A stretch of 61,712 nucleotides of DNA from contig JABDET010000002.1 in assembly GCA_013286945.1 (NCBI GenBank), forward strand, positions 1 through 61,712, in the 5' to 3' direction. Each line of letters begins with the position of its first letter. Positions within the stretch are counted from its first letter, which is position 1. This DNA comes from Candidatus Melainabacteria bacterium. Its GTDB lineage: Bacteria; Vulcanimicrobiota; JABDET01. The position numbers were made by a program, and so were the translations under genes. Positions 27,245 to 37,581 of the stretch are shown here, piece after piece. Below the pieces are notes generated by a model. The model saw only the letters and a program-made list of their open reading frames with translations, searched no databases and was not told the DNA's origin.

Positions 27245-28045
27245 GTGAATCTGGTCGTCTTGATGACCGATTTTGGAATCCGTGACCCGTTTGTGGGGAT
27301 CATGAAGGGCGTGATAGAAAAAATTGCTCCTGCGCTCCATGTGAGTGACTTAACTCATGCTATCCCCCCCCAAAATATCCAGGTTGGAGCGTTCATCCTA
27401 AGCGCGAGCTTCCGCTATTTTCCCGAGCGAACGCTTTTTGTTGCGGTGGTGGATCCTGGGGTTGGTTCGGCCCGCAGGATCATCTATGCCGAGACCCCGA
27501 AGTACCGTTTTCTTGCACCAGACAACGGTCTTCTTGGGATGATTTTTGACGAAGAAGAGCCTACACAAGTGGTTGAAGTTTCAAATTCGAAGTACTTTTT
27601 GCACCCAACAAGTCACACATTTCATGGACGGGATATTTTTGCGCCAGTGGCCGCTTATCTTTCGAGAGGGGTCAAACCAGAGGAATTGGGCCCGACAATC
27701 AATCCGGGGGATCTCTCACCGCTCCCATTCACAAAACCTTATCAAGATGAAAAGGGGGAGTGGCATGGTGAAATTGTCTACATCGATCAGTTTGGGAATC
27801 TGATTACCAATTTTTCACAAAACCAACTTGGCTTGAATGGAAAGGAGACCGTTGAGCTCCGGGTAAAAAATCGCGCCGTAAAAGGACTTGCTGAAAGTTA
27901 TACCCAAGGGAATGGCGAACCGATCGTGGTGTTGGATTCGTTTGGAACTTTGGAGATCGCTCTCTTCAAAGGGAGTGCCCAAGACTTTTTGAATGTTAAG
28001 CAAGGAGAAAAGGTTAGTTTGCGATGTCAGACGTGCTACTCTTGA
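27245..28045 (+). CDS. SAM hydrolase / SAM-dependent halogenase family protein (DUF62, SAM hydroxide adenosyltransferase)
   Basis: VVLMTDFGIRDPFVGIMKGVI, VVDPGVGS, HTFHGRDIFAPVAAYL. Start is uncertain (TTG 27242, GTG 27245 or ATG 27263). The upstream part of the track ORF overlaps pdxT. Confidence 0.8.
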   Translation: MNLVVLMTDFGIRDPFVGIMKGVIEKIAPALHVSDLTHAIPPQNIQVGAFILSASFRYFPERTLFVAVVDPGVGSARRIIYAETPKYRFLAPDNGLLGMIFDEEEPTQVVEVSNSKYFLHPTSHTFHGRDIFAPVAAYLSRGVKPEELGPTINPGDLSPLPFTKPYQDEKGEWHGEIVYIDQFGNLITNFSQNQLGLNGKETVELRVKNRAVKGLAESYTQGNGEPIVVLDSFGTLEIALFKGSAQDFLNVKQGEKVSLRCQTCYS

Positions 28046-28521
28046 ACTTTACTTATGAGGCGCTTCACGTGACCAATTTGCGTCGCGCCCTAAAACTCCT
28101 TATTTCGGGGAAAGCGGAAATTGTGCAAACCTCGGATGGGAAGATGGTTCATTCCCCATCCAAACAAATCCCATTGCCTTCCATCATTCGATTACGTTAT
28201 TTTGTCAGTCGTCCTTTCTTGGAAGTTCCGTTGACACGAAAAAATATTTTACTGCGTAACAACTACACTTGTCAGTATTGTGGTTCCAAAGATGTGAAAA
28301 GCATGACCGTGGACCATGTGCTTCCAAAAAGCATGGGAGGACAATCGAGTTGGGAAAATCTCGTTTGTGCTTGCAAGAGCTGCAATTCAAAGAAAAAAGG
28401 GAGGTCTCCTCACGAAGCTCAGATGAAATTGTTAAGCAAGCCAAGGAAACCGAAACTCATTCCATGGCGTCCATTCCGCAAGGAGGTGCCCGAACCATGG
28501 CTTCCGTTCCTGTTCAGTTGA
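28024..28521 (+). CDS. HNH endonuclease
   Basis: CQYCGSKDVKSMTVDHVLPKSMGGQSSWENLVCACKSCNSKK. Overlaps both neighbours (22 nt and 25 nt). Confidence 0.85.
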   Translation: MSDVLLLNFTYEALHVTNLRRALKLLISGKAEIVQTSDGKMVHSPSKQIPLPSIIRLRYFVSRPFLEVPLTRKNILLRNNYTCQYCGSKDVKSMTVDHVLPKSMGGQSSWENLVCACKSCNSKKKGRSPHEAQMKLLSKPRKPKLIPWRPFRKEVPEPWLPFLFS

Positions 28522-29999
28522 AACGTTCGGAGATCTCAAAAGAGGAACAACGGAAGACACCTTATCTTGATGCTTTGCTGGCTTATGTCCGGGAAGAAAC
28601 AGTTCCATTTCACGTTCCGGGGCACAAACAGGGGAGAGGAATTCACCCGAAACTAAAGGATAATCTCGGCTCGCTCTACCTGGCCATGGATCTCACCGAG
28701 GTCTTGGGGTTGGACAACCTCAGTCATCCAACAGGCGTTTTAAAAGAGGCGCAAGAGCTGGCGGCAAAGGCCTACGGAGTCGATTATTCGTTTTTCCTGG
28801 TGAACGGTTCATCGAGTGGCTTGCATTCGATGCTCATGGCTGTGTGTAATCCTGGCGATTCGGTCATCCTCCCGCGCAATGTTCACAAATCAGCCTTTTC
28901 GAGTTTGATTTTTAGCGGGGTTGTTCCAATTTACATGATGCCAGAATTTGATGAAAAGCTTCAAGTGGATCACACCGTCACTGAAAAAACGCTTGAGAAG
29001 GCTTTGAACGACAATCCGAATGCCAAGGCTGTCTTACTCGTTTCACCCACCTACTATGGTGTCTCCGCAGACGTGAAGCGATTTGTAGACATGATCCATG
29101 CTCATGGGAAAATTGCAATCGTGGATGAAGCATGGGGTCCGCACCTCCACTTCCATCCAAAGCTTCCTTTCGCGGCTACCGACGCGGGTGCAGACTTAGT
29201 TGTAAATTCCACTCACAAGCTTTTGAGTAGCCTCACACAAAGTTCGATCTTGCACCTATCCGGAAATCGAGTCGATCGGAGTCGACTTGAGGCTGTGCTT
29301 CAGCTGTTCTTAACTACAAGTCCGAGTTGTCTTCTTTTAGCCTCCATCGATGCCACGCGGATGCAAATGGCCACAGAGGGGGAAAGGTGGTTGGATAAAG
29401 CCATTATGCTTTCCGAAGATGCCAGGGCTCGAATCAACAAGATTCCTGGCCTGAGTTGCATTGGTCGTGAGATTATCGGAAGGCCAGGCGTTTTTGCTCT
29501 CGATCCGACGCGCTTGGTCGTCTCTTCAACAGAGCTTGGGTACACCGGTTATGAGGTAGAAAATATTTTGCGAAAAAAGTATCATGTTCAAGTCGAGCTT
29601 AGCGATTTGTTTCATGTGGTGGCCTTGGTGACTTTAGGGGACGACCAAGAGCAGATTGATCGTTTGGTGGATGGCCTTTCTAGGCTTGAAGCCAATGATT
29701 CCGGTGAACCTCCAAAGCCACGGATCACCAAGAATGTAAAGCTCCCGGATTGGCCCCCGTTTCGTTTAACGCCAAGAGAAGCCTTTGTGGCTCCCCATGA
29801 AACCATTCCGTTTGAGAGGGCTGTTGGAAGGATCTCGACTGAGCTCATTACCACTTACCCCCCCGGAATTCCGAGCTTGGTCCCCGGAGAAGAATTAACA
29901 CGCGATGTTTTGGATTACTTAGTCATTGAGCGAGACGCCGGATCACGTATTACTGGAGCAGCCGATTCGACTCTTAGCACATTAAGGGTGGTGAAATAA
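28497..29999 (+). CDS. Orn/Lys/Arg decarboxylase family (PLP fold type I; YaaO/SpeA-like)
   Basis: TPYLDALLAYVREETVPFHVPGHKQGRG and STHKLL (PLP Lys). AAGGAGG lies 10 nt before ATG 28497. Confidence 0.8.
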   Translation: MASVPVQLKRSEISKEEQRKTPYLDALLAYVREETVPFHVPGHKQGRGIHPKLKDNLGSLYLAMDLTEVLGLDNLSHPTGVLKEAQELAAKAYGVDYSFFLVNGSSSGLHSMLMAVCNPGDSVILPRNVHKSAFSSLIFSGVVPIYMMPEFDEKLQVDHTVTEKTLEKALNDNPNAKAVLLVSPTYYGVSADVKRFVDMIHAHGKIAIVDEAWGPHLHFHPKLPFAATDAGADLVVNSTHKLLSSLTQSSILHLSGNRVDRSRLEAVLQLFLTTSPSCLLLASIDATRMQMATEGERWLDKAIMLSEDARARINKIPGLSCIGREIIGRPGVFALDPTRLVVSSTELGYTGYEVENILRKKYHVQVELSDLFHVVALVTLGDDQEQIDRLVDGLSRLEANDSGEPPKPRITKNVKLPDWPPFRLTPREAFVAPHETIPFERAVGRISTELITTYPPGIPSLVPGEELTRDVLDYLVIERDAGSRITGAADSTLSTLRVVK

Positions 30000-31582
30000 T
30001 GTTAGGGCCAAGACCATTACCATTACCAACCCCTGGACGATCCAGTCTTCCCCAGCAAGAGGTTCATATCACCGACGATCTTGAAAACCTCTTGGATATT
30101 TTGCCAAGGCATGTACGCGAATCTCTCAATCAATTCGAGCCCTTGGAAGAGCTTCTAGAAGTGGTGCTTGATTTAGGGCGACAACCTGAAGCCCGATTTC
30201 CGAAGCGCTTTTATTTCTTGAGTGAAGACTACGTGAGCGAAGAAGATATTCAATATGTTGTGAGTCGAGTTGGAGAGTTTGGAAAGGACAATCGCGCTGG
30301 AATCGCGCGAACCCTTCACCGGATTTCTGCCATCCGGAATCGAAGCGGCAAAATCATTGGCCTAACGTGCCGTGTTGGGCGCGCGGTCTTTGGGACCATC
30401 TCCATCATTCGCGATGTGGTTGAAATGGGGAAAAGCGTTCTCTTTCTTGGAAGACCCGGTGTTGGAAAGACCACCATGCTCCGGGAAGTAGCGCGCGTTT
30501 CGAATGATGAGCTTAACAAGCGCGTGGTGATTGTTGATACTTCGAATGAAATTGCGGGAGATGGCGATATTCCGCATCCAGGCATCGGACGAGCTCGGCG
30601 AATGCAGGTGCAGTCGTATGACACTCAACACAACGTGATGATTGAAGCGGTTGAGAATCATATGCCCGAAGTGGTGGTGGTGGATGAAATTGGGACCGAA
30701 GCGGAAGCGTATGCGGCGCGCACCATTGCGGAGCGAGGCGTTCAGCTCATTGCCACCGCTCATGGAAACACACTCGAAAACCTTTTCCTTAACCCCACCC
30801 TTTCTGATTTGGTAGGGGGAATCCAAGCCGTTACCTTAAGCGATGAAGAAGCACGTCGTCGCGGTACCCAAAAAACGGTTCTGGAACGGAAAGCTCCCCC
30901 CACGTTTGATGTGGTCATTGAAATCCAAGAGATTGATCATTTCGTCATTCATGACAACATCCCCAAAGTGATCGATCTCATGTTGCGGAACACGCCACCA
31001 CAGCCCGAAGTCCGTGTTCGCGAACATGGACAAATCAAAGTGATTCAAGAATCCAACCTTCCGCAATTAGAGGCGGATGTCGACAACGGGGATGAAGATA
31101 CGCTTCCACAAGACGTTTTGGATACCATGAAAGGGGTACGAATCTTCCCTTATGCGGTAAGTCGCACCCGCCTCGAGCGAGCGATTCAGAATCTTCGAGT
31201 TTCGGCTAAGGTAGTCAAGAATTGGAATGATGCGGATATCGTGTTAACCTTGAAGGTTCAAGAAAGACGCAACTATAAGAAATTACGCGAACTCGAAAAG
31301 CGAAACATCCGAACCTACGGAATCAAATCAAACACGATCAATCAGATTCAAAATTTCCTCCGCACTGTTTTTCACTTACCAAGCGTGGATCTCGAGGAGC
31401 TTGCGTTGCGTGAGGCCGAAGAAGCTTCCCTCGAAATTTTGCGCCATCCCGAGAAAATCCTTGAACTTACTCCTCAAAATCCGTATATTCGCCGGCTGCA
31501 ACATCAGGTTATCGAGAAGTACAACCTGAAGAGCCGAAGTGTGGGGCAAGAGCCGAATCGACGGGTGACCATTTATTCATGA
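29999..31582 (+). CDS. R3H-domain AAA ATPase (SpoIIIAA / Ycf45-like)
   Basis: Walker A GRPGVGKTT, VVVVDEIGTEAEA, IATAHGN. C-terminal R3H-like NPYIRRLQHQVIEKYNLKSRSVGQEPNRRVTIY. Confidence 0.75.
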   Translation: MLGPRPLPLPTPGRSSLPQQEVHITDDLENLLDILPRHVRESLNQFEPLEELLEVVLDLGRQPEARFPKRFYFLSEDYVSEEDIQYVVSRVGEFGKDNRAGIARTLHRISAIRNRSGKIIGLTCRVGRAVFGTISIIRDVVEMGKSVLFLGRPGVGKTTMLREVARVSNDELNKRVVIVDTSNEIAGDGDIPHPGIGRARRMQVQSYDTQHNVMIEAVENHMPEVVVVDEIGTEAEAYAARTIAERGVQLIATAHGNTLENLFLNPTLSDLVGGIQAVTLSDEEARRRGTQKTVLERKAPPTFDVVIEIQEIDHFVIHDNIPKVIDLMLRNTPPQPEVRVREHGQIKVIQESNLPQLEADVDNGDEDTLPQDVLDTMKGVRIFPYAVSRTRLERAIQNLRVSAKVVKNWNDADIVLTLKVQERRNYKKLRELEKRNIRTYGIKSNTINQIQNFLRTVFHLPSVDLEELALREAEEASLEILRHPEKILELTPQNPYIRRLQHQVIEKYNLKSRSVGQEPNRRVTIYS

Positions 31583-31658
31583 GAAATGTCAGCAGGTACA
31601 TCCACGCTGGTGGCTGAAAGCTCATAACGAACAACGGATTAATGTTTGAAAGAGGTGA

Positions 31659-32333
31659 ATGATGGGTTTGAAAGGGCGCGGGCTCTTGATCACGTTTGAA
31701 GGAATCGAAGGCTCTGGGAAGACCACCCAGTTAAAGCGACTGGCGGCTGCCTTGAAGAAACAGCGATACCCTGTCGTGAGCACGCACGAACCTGGAGGAA
31801 CGCCACTTGGAGAGAAGATTAGGACTCTTCTGGTTCACTCCAAAACAAAAATATCTCCCGAAACTGAGCTTTTCCTATTTGTATCCGATCGGTCAAATCA
31901 TGTGAGAAATGTCATCATCCCCTCCCTTCAAAAAAAGCAGATGGTTTTGTGCGATCGGTTTACCGATTCCACAATTGCCTATCAAGCTTTTGGTCGAAGC
32001 CTTTCTCAAAAGCTTTTGGACGGAATGAACAAGCTGGCAACCGGGGGATTAAAGCCCGACATCACGTTTTTTCTCGATCTCCCAGTTCAAGCAGGACTTC
32101 GCCGAGCGAAGAGCCGTGGGGCATTAAATCGTTTGGATCGGGAAAGTTCGACTTTTTATGCGAGGGTTCGAAAAGGGTATTATTTTCTTGCCAGGAAAAA
32201 TTCTCGAATTGTCATCATTGATGGTTCGCAATCAGCCGAAGCAATTCATGCACAAATTTTGCAAAAAGTGAATATGCTCCTTTCGAAATTTGGCCAGGCT
32301 TCCTCGTCTAATGGTCGCAATCGATCAAAGTAA
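31659..32333 (+). CDS. tmk: thymidylate kinase
   Basis: LITFEGIEGSGKTTQ, CDRFTDSTIAYQ. Confidence 0.93.
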   Translation: MMGLKGRGLLITFEGIEGSGKTTQLKRLAAALKKQRYPVVSTHEPGGTPLGEKIRTLLVHSKTKISPETELFLFVSDRSNHVRNVIIPSLQKKQMVLCDRFTDSTIAYQAFGRSLSQKLLDGMNKLATGGLKPDITFFLDLPVQAGLRRAKSRGALNRLDRESSTFYARVRKGYYFLARKNSRIVIIDGSQSAEAIHAQILQKVNMLLSKFGQASSSNGRNRSK

Positions 32334-33246
32334 ACAATTCATAACCAAGATTTTATCAAGCGATTCTCCAAGCCACGCTTATCTTTTCTTTGGGTCTCCC
32401 TTGTCGTCGAAGGAAGAGAATGCAAGAGAGTTTGCTAAAGGGTTGCTTTGTGGGAACCTTGCCGCTCGTCCTTGCGGGACTTGCAATTCGTGCCATAAAT
32501 TCGAGTCGGGAAATCATCCTGATTTTCGCTTGATTAACGCTGAAGGGGATAAGATTAAGATCGCTCAAATTCGAGCTGTCAAAAGCGAGCTGCAATACCC
32601 CGCATTGGAATCGAAACGGAAGGTGTTCCTTCTCTTGAAGACGGAGGGGCTCACAGAAGAAGCAGCAGAAAGCATGTTGAAGATTCTCGAAGAGCCGATG
32701 ATTCCCGCGGTGTTCATTCTGGTGGCTTCACATCCTTCAAGCCTCTTGCCTACGATTGTTTCGCGTTGCCAACGAGTTCCATTTCAAGTTTCGGGAACCG
32801 CTTCACAAAGGGATAGGCTTGTCGAAGAAATGGGGGTGGCTCCTGAAGTGGCAACACTTCTGGCCGGCCTAGAGGTGCCAAGAGAAGAAGCAAAAGAGTG
32901 GGAGGGGGTTCTAACGGATGTCATGCCGGCTCTTTTTTCTGAAACGCGAACCCCGCTGGAGCTTTTAGATAAGGTGATTGTTTTGGAAGACCATAAAGAA
33001 CATGCGGAATGGATTATTCATTTACTCTATGGGTTCTATCGGGATGTGGCGGTCTTGAAGTCTGGATGGGAAGAGGGGGTTTTGCTCTCCAAGTTTAAGG
33101 CGCACATTTTTGCTGTGTCAAACGAACTGGAATGGGGCCAAGTTTGGGAAAGAGCTCAGATGATTCTTGAAGCGCGGAAACACTTGGAACATTCAGGCAA
33201 CTTTCGATTGGTGTTCGAGAACCTACTCTGGAAGTTGAGGAGCTGA
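32311..33246 (+). CDS. holB: DNA polymerase III delta' subunit
   Basis: SHAYLFFG, Zn module CGTCNSCHKFESGNHPDF, SRCQ. Alternative start 32290. Confidence 0.85.
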   Translation: MVAIDQSKQFITKILSSDSPSHAYLFFGSPLSSKEENAREFAKGLLCGNLAARPCGTCNSCHKFESGNHPDFRLINAEGDKIKIAQIRAVKSELQYPALESKRKVFLLLKTEGLTEEAAESMLKILEEPMIPAVFILVASHPSSLLPTIVSRCQRVPFQVSGTASQRDRLVEEMGVAPEVATLLAGLEVPREEAKEWEGVLTDVMPALFSETRTPLELLDKVIVLEDHKEHAEWIIHLLYGFYRDVAVLKSGWEEGVLLSKFKAHIFAVSNELEWGQVWERAQMILEARKHLEHSGNFRLVFENLLWKLRS

Positions 33247-34044
33247 CTAGCCGAGGCGGGCGTTTTTCAAAGCTTCGTGGCATTCGCACTTTTCATCGGG
33301 ATTCATCCGTTTGATCATTTCGAAGATGAGCTTTTTCACCTTTTCGGTGTTGTCGTTAAAAACACGAATGACTTCTTCGTGGTTCACGGGGGGCGCACCC
33401 TCGGCTCCCACATCATAATCGGTAATCAAAGAGACATTGACATAGCACATTTCCAACTCACGCGCTAGCATGCATTCAGGGTATTGTGTCATGTTGATCA
33501 CTTCCCAACCTTGGGAAGCAAACCACCGACTTTCACTGCGTGTGGAGAATCGCGGCCCTTGAATCACCACGACGGTTCCTGTTTTTTTTGCGGGGATCTT
33601 CAAGTCTTTGCACGATTCCACCGCAATGTGCCGCAAGCTGTTGCAGTACGGATCGGCGGCTGAAACATGTGTGGTAACGGGTCCATCGTAAAAAGTGTCG
33701 ACACGGCCTGAGGTGCGGTCTACAAATTGATCGCAAATGACGAATTCGCCAGGCTTCACATCGGCTTTTAAAGAGCCAGCCGCGCAAGGGCCAATGATTC
33801 GACTAACTCCCAAATGCTTCATGGCCCACAGGTTTGCACGATAAGGGATCATATGTGGGGGAAGATCGTGATCTTTCCCATGTCGAGGGAGAAAGGCCAC
33901 TTTTTTCCCGTGCAGTGATGCTAAAGCAATCCGATCGCTCGGAGCACCGTAGGGGGTCTCAACTTTGACTTCTTCCACATTTTCAAGCAGCGAATAAAGT
34001 CCGGAGCCACCAAAGACTCCGATTTGGGCACGTTTTTCAGTCAT
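33247..34044 (-). CDS. mtnP: S-methyl-5'-thioadenosine phosphorylase
   Basis: IGVFGGSGLY, FLPRHG, GPRFSTRSES, INMT. Confidence 0.9.
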   Translation of the reverse strand: MTEKRAQIGVFGGSGLYSLLENVEEVKVETPYGAPSDRIALASLHGKKVAFLPRHGKDHDLPPHMIPYRANLWAMKHLGVSRIIGPCAAGSLKADVKPGEFVICDQFVDRTSGRVDTFYDGPVTTHVSAADPYCNSLRHIAVESCKDLKIPAKKTGTVVVIQGPRFSTRSESRWFASQGWEVINMTQYPECMLARELEMCYVNVSLITDYDVGAEGAPPVNHEEVIRVFNDNTEKVKKLIFEMIKRMNPDEKCECHEALKNARLG

Positions 34045-34545
34045 TTAGTCCTTATCTTTTCCTTCCTCGCGTCCTTTAAGGAAATCGCTTGGTTTCAAGT
34101 TTTCGATAAATCTTTTAAATTTCTTTTGTTCTTCATCCCCGGCTTGCTTGTCCGCCACGGTTTCCTCGAGCACAATCCGCTCGGAGACAAAAATGGGCGC
34201 ATTGGTTCGAAGGGCTAAAGCAATCGAATCTGAAGGTCTTGCATCGATTTCAAGGGTGCCTCCGTTTGACTCAAGCACCACTTTAGCGTAAAACGTGTTT
34301 TCTTGGATATCATGGATGATAATCCGAGCTACTTTTGCTTTGAGCGAGTGAATAATCGAACGCATTAAGTCGTGCGAAAGAGGGCGTGGAACCGGTGTCC
34401 CTTCCAAGGCCAAGGCAATGGCTGTGGCTTCAAAAGGGCCAATGAGGATAGGAAGGTATCGCTTCCCCTCAAGATCCTTCAAGATAACAACCGGATCGTG
34501 GGTCAAGAGATCAATCCCGAGTTTGTCGACCTTCATCCTTCGCAT
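34045..34545 (-). CDS. bifunctional nuclease family protein (BFN/DUF151)
   Basis: LPILIGPFEATAIALALEG...RPLSHDLM...IDARPSDSIALALR. Confidence 0.8.
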   Translation of the reverse strand: MRRMKVDKLGIDLLTHDPVVILKDLEGKRYLPILIGPFEATAIALALEGTPVPRPLSHDLMRSIIHSLKAKVARIIIHDIQENTFYAKVVLESNGGTLEIDARPSDSIALALRTNAPIFVSERIVLEETVADKQAGDEEQKKFKRFIENLKPSDFLKGREEGKDKD

Positions 34546-34738
34546 TGCTCAAACACACTCTCTTCCAAACCATGACTAACGAATATAAAAAATTAAACCC
34601 AATCCCCCAATTTTATTATAGCACAAGGGTGTTTGAAAATAAAGAACCCCTTCCAGTTTTCTAGAACTGTGTGCATTTCGGTTTTTTTCGACAAACAACA
34701 GGAACCCCCTCTTGAAGCCTTTTGCTTCGCTTGAGAGC

Positions 34739-35926
34739 ATGATTCTTCGCTCTGGGGCTTCTGAATTTTCGTTTGGAGGGGTAGGGCAAGATTCCTCGAA
34801 AACGCGCCTTGTGTGGACTCTTGCTTGGAAAGGTGCATTCAGTCTCAAATTTCGCACTTGGCTGACCCTTATCGGTTTAGCGATGGGGACTTTCGCTTTG
34901 ACCACCTTCGGTTCCATGGTGGTTCATTTTCATAAAATGGCGAGTCGCTTCGAAAACTACGCAGAGGGAAAGATTTTCATTCGCGATCGGTCAGGTTTTT
35001 TCGGAGCAGGGGCCATTGAAAAAGACGAGCTCTTAACGCTGTCGCAAATGGCCGGGGTTAAGGAAGTTATCCCCATGATCGTGGCTCGTCTACACAGCCG
35101 CGAATTGATGGCCTTTGGACTTCCGCAAATTGTTCTTGGCGTCCCCAAAGAAAAACTTCCGGAATTGTTTAAGGACACTCCGCTCCTTTGGGGGAGTTGG
35201 CCCGAGAATTCAGGCGACTCCCTTCTTGGGATTGACGTGGCAGAAGAGCAAGGGAATCTTCATTCCTCATCTTTCACCTATGCGGGGAAGAAATTTCGAG
35301 TTTCGGGTGTCATGGCCCGAACCGACGGGCCCGAAGATCATCAGGTGACCGTTCCCCTTTCGGATCTGGAAAAGCTCTTAGGAAGAGAGGGTCTGGTTTC
35401 CTATGGTGTTGTGATTCCAAAGCCGGGAGAAAGCGCTTCAGCATTGGCCCAATTGATTGGGAATAAGCATTCCAATTGGGATGTCCTTCCTCCGACTCTT
35501 GTATCACAAGGAATCCGGGGCAGCGAAAGACTTTGGGGTGCACTCACAATGGGAGTGGGCTTTCTGACGGTGTTAATCGGGGGGATTGGAATTTTGACGG
35601 TGATGATGATGGCTGTGCGAGAAAGAATTCGCGAAATCGCCATCTTGAAGGTTTTGGGGGCAAGCAGAAGCCAGATTTTTCTCCTCTTTCTCTTTGAGGC
35701 ATTTATTCTTTCCCTCCTTGGGAGTGTGGCAGGGTTGCTCCTCGGGATGGTTTTCATCTTGGGAGTGAGCCACCCCTTGGCGAGGCAGGGAATGGTTCTT
35801 TTTGAGCCTACGACTTTGCTCATTTTTCTTAGTTTTTTCTTAGCCCTTGTTTTGTCGCTCCTCGGAGGGCTTTATCCTGCCTTCTATGGGGCTAAAATCA
35901 AGCCTGCTGACGTGCTTCGCACATGA
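34739..35926 (+). CDS. ABC transporter permease (FtsX/MacB-type)
   Basis: N-terminal TM, large periplasmic loop, and C-terminal FtsX domain REIAILKVLGASRSQIF. Alternative start TTG 34712. Confidence 0.85.
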   Translation: MILRSGASEFSFGGVGQDSSKTRLVWTLAWKGAFSLKFRTWLTLIGLAMGTFALTTFGSMVVHFHKMASRFENYAEGKIFIRDRSGFFGAGAIEKDELLTLSQMAGVKEVIPMIVARLHSRELMAFGLPQIVLGVPKEKLPELFKDTPLLWGSWPENSGDSLLGIDVAEEQGNLHSSSFTYAGKKFRVSGVMARTDGPEDHQVTVPLSDLEKLLGREGLVSYGVVIPKPGESASALAQLIGNKHSNWDVLPPTLVSQGIRGSERLWGALTMGVGFLTVLIGGIGILTVMMMAVRERIREIAILKVLGASRSQIFLLFLFEAFILSLLGSVAGLLLGMVFILGVSHPLARQGMVLFEPTTLLIFLSFFLALVLSLLGGLYPAFYGAKIKPADVLRT

Positions 35927-36615
35927 GCGCATTTTTGGAATGTCATGATCTCAAGAAAACCTACCAACAAGGGAGAAAGCTTGTTTCAGCGTTGCAAGGG
36001 GTTACCCTGTCCGTTCTAAAGGGAGAATTTCTTTGCATTCGCGGGAGATCGGGGAGTGGCAAGACCACGTTGCTCAATTGCCTGGGGACGCTTGATACGG
36101 CCGACAGTGGACAGATCAGCTTGGAAGGCAAACTCATTGAAAGCCTTTCGGAGAAAGCCTTGCTGAGCCTTCGAAGAGATTCATTTGGATTTGTGTTCCA
36201 ACAATTTTTCCTAATTCCGTATCTTTCGACAACGGATAATGTGGCGTTGCCTCTTGTGTGCCGAGGTGAGCGTTGGAAAGAGGCGAGAAATAAAGCAAGA
36301 AATCTGCTTCAAGAAATTGGTTTTTCCGAGCGAAATGATCAGCAAGCCCTTTGGTTGTCTGGAGGAGAAGCACAGCGCGTTGCTATTGCCCGCGCGTTGA
36401 TTTCAAATCCAACACTCCTATTTGCGGATGAGCCTACGGGCGAGTTGGATACCGCTACCGCCAAACAAGTTATTGACTTGCTAACTGCGTACAAGAAACG
36501 TGGACTTACACTGGTTGTGGCCACCCATGATCCCTTGATCGAGCATGAAGCTGACCGTATTCTAGCGCTTGAAGACGGGAAGATTTTGGGAGAAGCCCCA
36601 ACGACTACTTCTTAG
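35923..36615 (+). CDS. ABC transporter ATP-binding protein (MacB/LolD-type)
   Basis: GRSGSGKTTLLN, LSGGEAQRVAIARAL, LLFADEPTGELD. Confidence 0.92.
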   Translation: MSAFLECHDLKKTYQQGRKLVSALQGVTLSVLKGEFLCIRGRSGSGKTTLLNCLGTLDTADSGQISLEGKLIESLSEKALLSLRRDSFGFVFQQFFLIPYLSTTDNVALPLVCRGERWKEARNKARNLLQEIGFSERNDQQALWLSGGEAQRVAIARALISNPTLLFADEPTGELDTATAKQVIDLLTAYKKRGLTLVVATHDPLIEHEADRILALEDGKILGEAPTTTS

Positions 36616-37456
36616 CTTTTTCAGCCTTGTCGACTTGAGAAATTCGCTCTTTGATCACCGGGTTGTTCGGGTCAAGTTTCAAAGCGTCTTGGAAAGCTTG
36701 GCGAGCATCTTGGAATTGTTTGTTTTGCAAGTAGATGTCCCCTAGGCCGATTTTCGCGTCCGTTCCGCGGCCAACCCCTAGGGAGTCTAGGCTCACCGTC
36801 TTTTGGTATTCAGCAATGGCTTCATCACTTTTCCCGAGAGCATCCAAGGCAGAGGCACAGTAATAGTGTCCGTCAGGGTATTGCGGAACGAGTTTTAGTT
36901 CTTGTTGGAAGTAGGCTAGCGCCCCTTCGGGGTCGTTATCAATCGAAAGGAGAATTCTTCCCATGTATTCATACGCCAAGACATCTTTCGAATTCATGTC
37001 CATGGAACGTGCAAATTCCTTTTTGGCTCGGGTGAAATTTCCTACATCGAAATAGGCAATACCCAATCCCGTATGGACAATTGCAGAAGGGCCTAGACGA
37101 GCCGCATCTCGAAACTCCGTTAAAGCGCGATCAGGTTTTTGATCTCGAACCAAGGCTTTGGTGTAATAGAAAAAGCCCAGCTTGACTTGAGTTAATTGAT
37201 CGTTCGGATTGTCGATTAAAGCATCTTCCAGGTCTCGAAGTTCGTGCTCAGAGGTTCCAAGCCAAAACGTGGAGACGATGTAATAAACAAGCGCCAGAGA
37301 ATCCTTCGGATCCTCTCGAATTCCTTGTTTGAAATTGGAAGCAGCCTCCGACCATTCCTTTTGGTAATACGCATTGAGTCCGTCGGTTACCGGGCTTGCG
37401 TGAGCTGCTTGGAAAATGATTAAAGCAAGAAGAATCAAACTCGCCAGTCGTTTCAT
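36605..37456 (-). CDS. secreted TPR-repeat protein
   Basis: Signal peptide MKRLASLILLALIIFQAAHA from ATG 37456. Repeated TPR-like A..Y/F..A motifs. Confidence 0.8.
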   Translation of the reverse strand: MKRLASLILLALIIFQAAHASPVTDGLNAYYQKEWSEAASNFKQGIREDPKDSLALVYYIVSTFWLGTSEHELRDLEDALIDNPNDQLTQVKLGFFYYTKALVRDQKPDRALTEFRDAARLGPSAIVHTGLGIAYFDVGNFTRAKKEFARSMDMNSKDVLAYEYMGRILLSIDNDPEGALAYFQQELKLVPQYPDGHYYCASALDALGKSDEAIAEYQKTVSLDSLGVGRGTDAKIGLGDIYLQNKQFQDARQAFQDALKLDPNNPVIKERISQVDKAEKAKK

Positions 37457-37581
37457 AGTTCGGCCTTTTTCGACTCCTGAACGGCTTTCTCCTTGTGGGG
37501 ACGCTTCCCGCTGGGTCGTGGAAAAGTTAGGAAGTGTCCCCATTCGTAGGAAGTGTCCCCTCGTTGGCGAATGGGGGGACC

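Noticed and set aside
28269-28496. N-terminal 76 codons of the 576-aa track ORF (decarboxylase)
   Set aside because: This part overlaps the HNH gene in another frame and has no family similarity. A strong AAGGAGG precedes ATG 28497, where the decarboxylase homology begins.
34576-34917. 113-aa minus-strand ORF in the BFN/ABC divergent region
   Set aside because: It overlaps the 5' end of the ABC permease gene and the promoter region. Its composition is low-complexity with no SD.
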